Of a stretch of DNA of 50,100 nucleotides, positions 25,146-34,100 are shown one piece after another. Both the position numbers and the translations under genes were made by a program. The stretch is taken from IMG/VR virus record IMGVR_UViG_3300022912_000002. One strand, given 5' to 3'. This DNA is from a virus. The notes under the pieces were generated by a model. The model had not been told where the DNA came from. It did not search any database and saw only the letters and a program-made list of their open reading frames with translations. Within the stretch, counting starts at the first letter, position 1. Every line of letters starts with the position of its first letter.

Positions 25146-28100
25146 TTGAGCGAAAATCCTTATGTCGAGATAGCAGATGTAATAGAGCAAATGAAACCAC
25201 AGCTTTCACCTCATCAGGTGGGGGCTGTTCGTGATTATGAGAAGGCTCTATATGGTGAAGATGAATTTTTTCTGAGGGAAACAGGGCGACTACTTGGGCA
25301 GATACCTACGGGTTTTGCTGAAGGGATGTCAACCGTTAATCTCCAATTCATTGAACCGCGTACTGAAGCTGAGAAAATTGCTCGGTCATTAGGTTCCTTG
25401 CTTGGTTTCGTGGGATATATCCCCAATCCATCTGCCCTTGCTCTAAAGGTTGCTGGAAAGACCAGTAAAAAGGGTGCGTTAAAAATACTCGGGAAACAAT
25501 GGAACAAGCCTAATTCAGCAGGTCGATGGGCTGAAATGCAGGCTATGTCTCTGGATGATTTATACAAGACTGCCATTGAAGGTGTTCCCACTAATCTCTC
25601 TAAAGTAAAATCAGTGCCGATGTATCTCACTGATATGATCACTAAATCCTCGGTTGGTAAAAAAGCAGGGAAAGCATCCCTAGACTTGCTTAACAAGTCG
25701 AAGTATATCAACTCAAACAAATTCCTGGCACCGCGTATTGGTGATTTTGGGGAAGGAATGATGCACTTGGGTCTGGCTTCTGCCATTTCCGCAGGTGGTA
25801 TCAATCCTTTCCAATGGAAGGAACGTGTTGATTCTGTACTCCCTGCTTTCGCTCATGGTGCTGCCTTTGGTGGTGCCTTTCGTGGTATTGGGCAACTTGG
25901 TAGCGTTCTAAACTGGACTACCGCTAGTGGTTCTCCAAAGACTGCCGCGAAGTTGTTGCAAGCAGTTGCAGGCTCTATGGTTCAAGGTATTCCTTCAACC
26001 ATGCGAAACGACTCTACTGCTGAACAGATTTATGAATACTTACTTGGTAGTTGGTTTGGATTTCATGAAGTTCCCTATGTTAAAAGAGTAGCAGGGAAAA
26101 AGGAACATGAGATTCAGATTGAAGGTCAGAAGTCACAGGGCGTTCATACCAGTTGGCATTATCGCAATAATCCTGAAGCCTTTAAGCGGAATTTTGGTTG
26201 GGATAAGATGCCAAAAGAAGCACAGGACATTGTTGACCTATGGCTAAAAGACCAGTATAACGCAAATAGTCCTGAGCTTTATGACATCATGACTCAGGCA
26301 AATGAAGAAATCGCAGTTAGACGCGAAGCTGGTGAAGATGTTCCCTTTATTATTCCCAATCGTGTTGGTGTCGTAAAAGCTCCTGATGCACATGGTCTTG
26401 AATTTCAGGTTCCAATTTATCATCGTGATGCTCTCAGCGAAGGTAAGCCAATTAAAAATGGTGCCATGTTTGACCGTCAAGGTGGTCGAATCATTATTGA
26501 CCCTGAGTATTTTGAGCGTAATGACCCTATCTGGAGAAAAGAGGGATTCGGTCCTGACATCGATTCAACATTTCTTCCCACAAAAGCTGAACGCCAACGG
26601 TTCATGATACTTCATGAGTTCTATCATAAATTTTACAAGTCTGAAGATTTAGCTAATGTGGTCGCTGCCTTTGAAGTAAAGCGGGAACTTGGTAAAGAAG
26701 CTGAAATTCCTGCTAATTGGATTCTTCCTCAAAGACTCTCTCCGCAGGAAAAGATTGAGTTTCAGCGATACGTTGATAAGCTTACGATGGAAACCTATAC
26801 TAAAGGTGAAGTCATTCCCGATGGAACCTACGTCAATATGCACCTCAGGACTGAAATGGGTCAGATGTATGGGCATCGTGGGTATGTGGTTGAAAAAGCA
26901 GAGGAAGCTAATGTTTTCCGCATGCTGATTGAACGACCCGCGGAAAATGGAAAGCCTGGGGAATATGTCCTCGATGATCATACTACCTTAGTCGGCCAAG
27001 ACCTTATCACTGGAATATGGCGTGATAGACACATTTCTGAGTTAGACCGCGAAGCATCCCTTCCTACTGGACATGATAATGAAGGGAATTTCAATTGGGA
27101 GGGTGGTAAGCCCACCAAAACGCCAGAAACACCGCCTAAAGCTCCTGTAAAGCCAAAAGCGACCATTGAACCGCCTAAGCCTAAAAAGGCTCCTGAGAAG
27201 CCTAAACCGCCTAAGGCAAAGAAGGTCAAAAAGCTCACCAAGAAACAAGCCAATCAGGTTGCAAATGTCGAGAAGGAAATCAAACTTCTTGAACGGATTG
27301 AGCTAGAGCAAACCGAGAAGATGAAGAATGGCGAGAAGCCAGATGATGCAGTTGGCATGGATTTCCTTCGGAGACAAGAGCAGTTAGGTGACTTCCTTGC
27401 TCGTAATGATGAAGTATTTTCCAGGATTGTAGAGAAACAGAACAATGACCTAGTTGAATATGGTAAATACCTACAAGAAAAGTATGGCAAGGAATATGAA
27501 AATTCTGACCTATCTCCCAAAGACCTAGCCCGACTCAAAGAGTTTAAAACTTTCCAAAAACGATTGGAAATGTTGATGGCAGTAGGGCAATCCCGATTGA
27601 TTAATAAGGGAAAACCTACCCCTGAGACTAAGGAATTACCTGAGGCCAAGATTAACAAAGAGGGTGAGCTTGAAATCACTATTGAAGGTGGTGAGAAGGA
27701 AGCTCAAGAGTTAATCAAAAAGGGTAAGCTCGAAGTCAAAGAGATTCAGAACGACGAGTATGTTCATCATTCAGGTGGTGCCAAAGGTGCTGATACTGGT
27801 TGGGATATGGCAGGGCGTAAATATGGCGTGAAGTCAAAACATTATCGGGAACCTGGGGCAAAGAGCGTTGACAGTCCTACCCTTAAAGGCGAGGGTGTTA
27901 AACCAGTTGAGATGTCAAAAGCTGAGTTTAAAGAAGGTACTGAGAAAGCTACTAAGGCAGCGCAACGTCTTGGTCGCCCAATGTCTGCCAAGTTCGCACA
28001 TTATCAGATTCGGAATTGGAACCAAGTCAAACATGCTGATGCGGTATTCGCAGTCGGTAGAATCCTCGATGTGGGTGAAGCAGGCGCAAAGGGTTTCCCC

Positions 28101-31100
28101 AATAAAGCCAAAAAGCAAACGGTGGATGGTGGAACTGGATATGCGGTTGAAATGGCTATTGGTGAGGGTAAGCCAGTATTCGTCTTTGACCAAGCTAGGA
28201 AGAAGTGGCATACTTGGGATGGAAAAGAATTTGTTCAAATCGATACTCCTACCCTGACACCCAATTTTGCAGGGGTTGGAACTCGGGAACTTACCAAAGG
28301 TGGCATGAAAGCCATTGAAGCAGTATTTGAGAAAACCTTTGGCAAGAAAACTGAACCTGAACCCGAAGTAGAAGTAGATCCCTGGGATGCGCTTGATGAG
28401 AATGGCAAGATTGAACCTAGTGCCGATGAACTAAATGTCCTCGATGGATGGGAGAATAAAGCACCAGTTGGTGAAGATGGTCGCCCACTCACATCTGATG
28501 TTCCTGAGCGTTCTGCAGAATACTCCGAACGAATTGAATCATCCTACACACCCCACTTGAAAGAAGTCGGTGTGAAGAATGGTATCAAAGATGACATGAA
28601 CGTGTCTAAGTGGAAATCTGAACTCCGTGAAAAACTCGGGAACTACGATGATGCGAATTTAGTCATTGAAGAATTTCAGCACCAGTATTCTCAGATTGAC
28701 ATGGGTGGCAAAGCCAACAAAGATGGTTGGACTAAAGGCCAGTTAGAGTTCATGAAGTTGGTCGAGGAAGCACACCCAGGACTATCAAAACAAGCTTTGA
28801 TGGAATACCATAATCAGGTTGAGATTGATACTATTTCCTTGAAAGGTAATGGCGCTGAGTTAGGTCGAGCATACATCACAAACGCTAAGATTCATAGGCT
28901 GTTTGACCATAAACGGTTTGTGGCACTTGAACCTAAGTTGATTGATAAGATTTATGAGGGTGCTGGACTCTACAATGAAGCGGGTCTATACACTATTCGT
29001 GAACTGCTTGCGAAAAATGAGCCTGCTGAAGCATACTTTGAGCGCATGGGTGTTGATTTTGGACACATCTATGACATGAAGCATCCAGTCGGAAAATATG
29101 CCCGACTCTTAATCAAATATGAACCACACATGATCACAGAGCTTAGAGCCATTGAAGCTTCTGAAAAAGATGGTCGTGCATCTGATAGATACCTGAACCA
29201 AAGAGATATTTTTGAAGCTCAGATTCATCGGGAAATCTTTGAAGCCGCGCAAGGCAAACAGTACACCCAATGGGCTACTGAAGGAACAATTCCTTACGCC
29301 ATGTATCAGGCTAATTACAATGAGTGGAGAGAGCAAAGGGCTGAACAGAACAAGCCTAACTCAAAGGTTGCCTATGAACGATTCCTCAGAGATAAAGGCA
29401 TCAAATCACGCGCTGATAAAATGATGAAGTATTTTGGTCAGGCCAATACCAATGCCTATTACTCTCCGAATAAGCGGAAGATGAATTATGTCGTAATCAA
29501 TGACGGAACATGGATAAAGAAATTAGCCAAGAATTCTGTGTATCAAAAGTGGTTGAAGTCTGATACTAAAAGTCGTCAAGATGGTGCTATCTACATTTCC
29601 AAAGCACAACTTGAAAGGCAGAATGAAAGGTGGAATCTTCCTGACGATACCGTGAATATGAAAACGGTTATCAATCATCGCTCTGGTGATGATGTATTTA
29701 TTGGAAAGGGTGAGACTTTTTACCATGAGGGTCTAAACGAGTTCATGGAAGCGAATGGGTTGGATTTTGTAATCTTTGACTCAGGTGCTAAAATCCGTGC
29801 CGACAAAACAGGGGTGAACTGGCCTATCATGGAAAACATGACCTTTGCTGATATGGCAAAAGGTCGTAAGGGTGCTGATGGGAAACGTAACTTTAAATAT
29901 CCTGAGATTGCAGAAAACATGCGTTCAGATATTGGTGAAGATGCCGTTGGGTTTATCAAGATGGACAAGACCAAAGGCAAGGGTCGCGTAACAGTCACAC
30001 CTCAGGTTTTGGATTCGTTCATGAATCATGATGTTGCCAATGAATATATCGAAGCCTATGTGAAGGATGAAGTCAAAGCAGTCGAGCAGATTCAGAAGTC
30101 GATTACTCGCCCAAAAGCTTTTGTCAATGCGCTTATCCATTATGGACTTGGTGCTAAAATCAAACGTGATGCGAAGGGCAAGCGTTTCGTTGAGGGGAAC
30201 TTCTCTGAATCGAATGAAGCCTATGTTCGGAAATTAATGGATGGAGCAAATCCATTCTCCGCACCTTTGATTGAGCAGACAAACAATACCTTTAGACAAG
30301 TTTTAGGCCACATCGCCAAGCCAAGAACTGCATCGGGGGAATGGGTGACACTCGTTCCTGAAAGTGGTTTTGCATGGAAAAAAGGCGGTAAGGCTGAAGA
30401 ACATGAGCTGAAAGAGCGTACCTTCAGGGACTACTCTGGTGAAAGAGTTGTAGTCCCTGGGGAGGCTCGCGCTCCTTATAGCTTTTCAAAGAAACTAGAG
30501 AAGCCTGAAAATATCACGCTGTTTGATCATGAGACAGGGAAATATGTAAAATACGCTGACCATTTTCCAGCCACACCAGTTGGTGGGAATGGCAAGATGA
30601 GATATGGTGATGCGTGGGAAGCCACCAGAAGCCAATTCTTCACTCGTAAAAATGCCGAGGGCAAAGATGAACAGGTTCGGAAATATGACCTAATCATGAA
30701 TTTCCAGACCTCTCCAAAATCTAAGCCTGAAGATATGCTTGTAATGGCGGTTGATGTTTTCCTTCCCAAGACTCGCGGAAATGCACTTGAAGCCAATACT
30801 CTCGATGCGTCTGTTGCTGCTGAACGTGATTGGGATGGTGATGCAGGGGCAGGATTCATTCACATGCCTGAAGGTATGATGCGTGAATATACGAAGGACA
30901 TACTTGGCCCCGATGGTGAGTTTCGTGTTGGTATCACCGATGTTGGAAAAGCGACGAATCCGCAGGTCGACCTTTTGGATCCTCAGTGGTATCGTGAAAT
31001 GAATGACAAGATTCGCACCGTCAATAAGAAGATTGGTGAAGTTGTAAATAGGCGGTCTGGATTCGATGCCATTGTCAAAGGCAACATGAGTATCAATTGG

Positions 31101-34100
31101 CTTGGAAATAGATTAACTGCAATCAAAGCTGACAGTGAAGCATATTCAGGCTACATGTCTGAATTTGCTGGTGAAGTCCAGGTGACGGTTGATGGTCCGA
31201 AAGCTGACCTTCTTTCCCGACCTGACCTACTCAGAGGAAATTACTCAATGCTTGCTCGCGGTAGAGCCTTTCTTGAGTTCTCGCGAAAAGACCCGATTCA
31301 CAAGATTCTCGCAAAGGTAGCCAGTTACTTTAAAGAGCAGGCTGGCCGAATGGTGAACAGTAAGAATTTCGATGGTGAAGCAAAGAACGCATCACTAAAA
31401 GCGGTTCACCAAGCTGTGCATGAACATCGAGTGCTTGAAGCAGCTGAGAACAACGAGCTATTCACATTGGGCGGGGTTCCCATCAAGACCGATCAGGTGT
31501 ATGGCGTTGTCTGGTGGAAGCAGGCAGTTCCTTCCCTGAATAAAGTGACTCAGGCTATTCATAATATCACATCTGAATTAACTCTCTCTGAAGTAACTCG
31601 CGAGGGAACATTCCCTGAGAAGAAATACAACAAAAACAAACGTGTCGCAATTCAAGCTCTCAAGAAACGTGTGAAGGATTCTGAGGATGGTCGAGCCTAT
31701 GGCGTGAATGAGCAGGATATGGCCTATTGGGAAATGTATGAAGCCAGCCTTAGTCATGGTGCTATGCAACTCCGTTGGGGGCCTGCAAGTGAAGCCAAGA
31801 AATATGACATGCCTACTGCCATTCGTGACATGCTGATTGCTGAAGATAACCCAAGTAAGAAGTTCCTGCTTGAAAAGCATGACCACAATAACCGAACTGA
31901 ATATTCTGATACCATTGTATTACCATTCTTGAATGTGAAAGGCAACCATTCAACAAGTCCGAAACAACGATTGCTGAAGAAGCTAATCGCTGCCTATCCT
32001 GACCCATTCAAACTGCATGACCCGACTCCTATCAATTTTCATGTTGGTGGAACTGGTGGTGGTATGCACACGACTCGAAGGGCTGACCAAATCAGAACTT
32101 CCATGTTGGCATCCAGAAATAATGAAGCTCTCTATCGTATGATTGCCGATAAACACCCTGAGATATTTGAGGGAATCGACTACAAATCCAGTAAAGGTTG
32201 GACTATCCCTAAACGCATCCTTGAGTATTGGGGTGAGAAGAATAAGGCCAAAGCGAAACAAATTGCTGAGATGTGGGCTTTGCGTTCAATGCGTGATAGC
32301 TTGCCCTTCCAACGGCCTAGAGATTTTGCATCAGTCGAAGAATTAAAGATGAATGAGAATAAGGTTCAGACCAAATTTCGCTTTTTCATCGAGACTAATG
32401 GGTTAGAGCCTATACTCTTTCCCAAAGGTATTCCTGAGAATCTAGGGGAGTACCTGGATAAGTACCGCATCGAAAGTCAAGATGGTGGGAAGCAGTTTGA
32501 TTATACCTCTCTCGATGCGCGTATCCAGTCCTTGTGGGATAAAGGCACCAGAGACATCCGAACATTTTTCATGCCTGACCCAATGGTTTCCAAAACTGGC
32601 AGTTTGCATGGCTCGTTTACTGAAGCCGTTAGTATCAACCGAAGTTTGTGGGACCAATTCTCGAAGGACAAAGCTCACCAAAGTTGGATTAGACACTACG
32701 ATGATGTGGTATCTGACCAAGATGGGATGGGGCATAGATATACGGAAGCATCGAGGAAAAGGGCTGACCTACTCCTAAGAGGGGTTGAACCTAATGAGCT
32801 TTTCTTCCCTTATGGTGGCCGTGAAGAAGCACTTGGGGTAATTAAGGATATGAGTAACGGTACAATCCCAATGACTCCTGGGCAACGTGCTGACTTCCAG
32901 AGACTATTTGCTGAATATCCTGAAATGGCTTCTCAGTTTCGCAGGGTTCTACTTGGCCTTATTAATAAACCTCACCTCGATAACCACAAAGAGATTGACT
33001 TTGTTATCAAAAAATTGAGCGCATTGGGTTCTGGCGATCCTAGACTTGGTGTGATTCAAAGACAACTCATGCCAAATAGAGTTCAACGTGACTTCCTGAA
33101 GTTTGATGTCATGTGGCCTGAGTCTGAAGTGGTTGGAACTGGTATGCACGCCTTGAAGCCAGTTAGTGGATTCGGTAAGGTTTTTCAACATCAGCTGGAA
33201 TCACATGCTGAGATTCAGAAGGAAGAACAAAAAGGGCAAATCTTACTAAACTCTATTTTCTATCTGGAAAAGCTACCCGAGTGGGTTTCCAAAGAGTATG
33301 GTCTTGAGAATGGATCTATGTTCACCAAAGAGGAATCTACCTACGTCGAACAATGGAAAGAAATGTTTAAAGCTGATGTTGGTGCTGTAAAGGACTTGTT
33401 TGACATCGCGGCTCACATCTACCCAGTTGAGTATGGCGGTAAAGAGCATTTCAAAGGAATGTCCTCTGAGCATAAAGCTGAAATCATGGATAGATACAGA
33501 AATGCTAAAGCTCAGTTGGAATCTCTTGACCATGATGCAGGTCGAGCAAAACGACATTATGTGAAATATATCATGAGACAGCAGAACAAGCTTGCTGACT
33601 TCATCCATAACACTTATTGGGAACATTCTTCAGGCAAGAAATACTCTATCCATTGGAATAATCAGGAAGTGAAAAGGTATCACTTACCCAAGCAGATTAA
33701 AGAATTGAACAAAGAAATACTCCGACTGCAAAAGGAATCTTCAAAGCTGACTGGTTCCGATGCCAAAGAGATTCAGAATATTATTGAAGCGCGGACCGAG
33801 ACGATGCACATGTTGGAAAACCTAGCCAAAAAGCTAGACAACTTGAATCGTATGAAGCTTGTTGCAAAGGGTGATAAGTTCATTACTCCTGACCGAATCG
33901 CTGGCTACCTCCCTCACATTTGGGATTCACCTGAGTTGATGGTAAAAGCCTATGAGGAATCATATGTCAGAACCATTAATGCAACTAAAGACCCCAAGCT
34001 GAAGAAAGCACTTACAATTGACATGCAGAAGAAGCTTGAAGATTTAGGCCGAACGATGGTTGAACCACCTGGAAAAGAGTTCTTTGATGCGAAGGCTGAT

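Noticed and set aside
25235-25804. 189-aa antisense ORF, together with other - strand ORFs nested in the giant gene (e.g. 27254-27679, 30527-30859, 33273-33626)
   Set aside because: They lie entirely inside a 10.5-kb uninterrupted sense ORF. They have odd composition (Ser/Pro/Arg-rich shadows) and no SD or coupling. These are typical antisense shadow frames.
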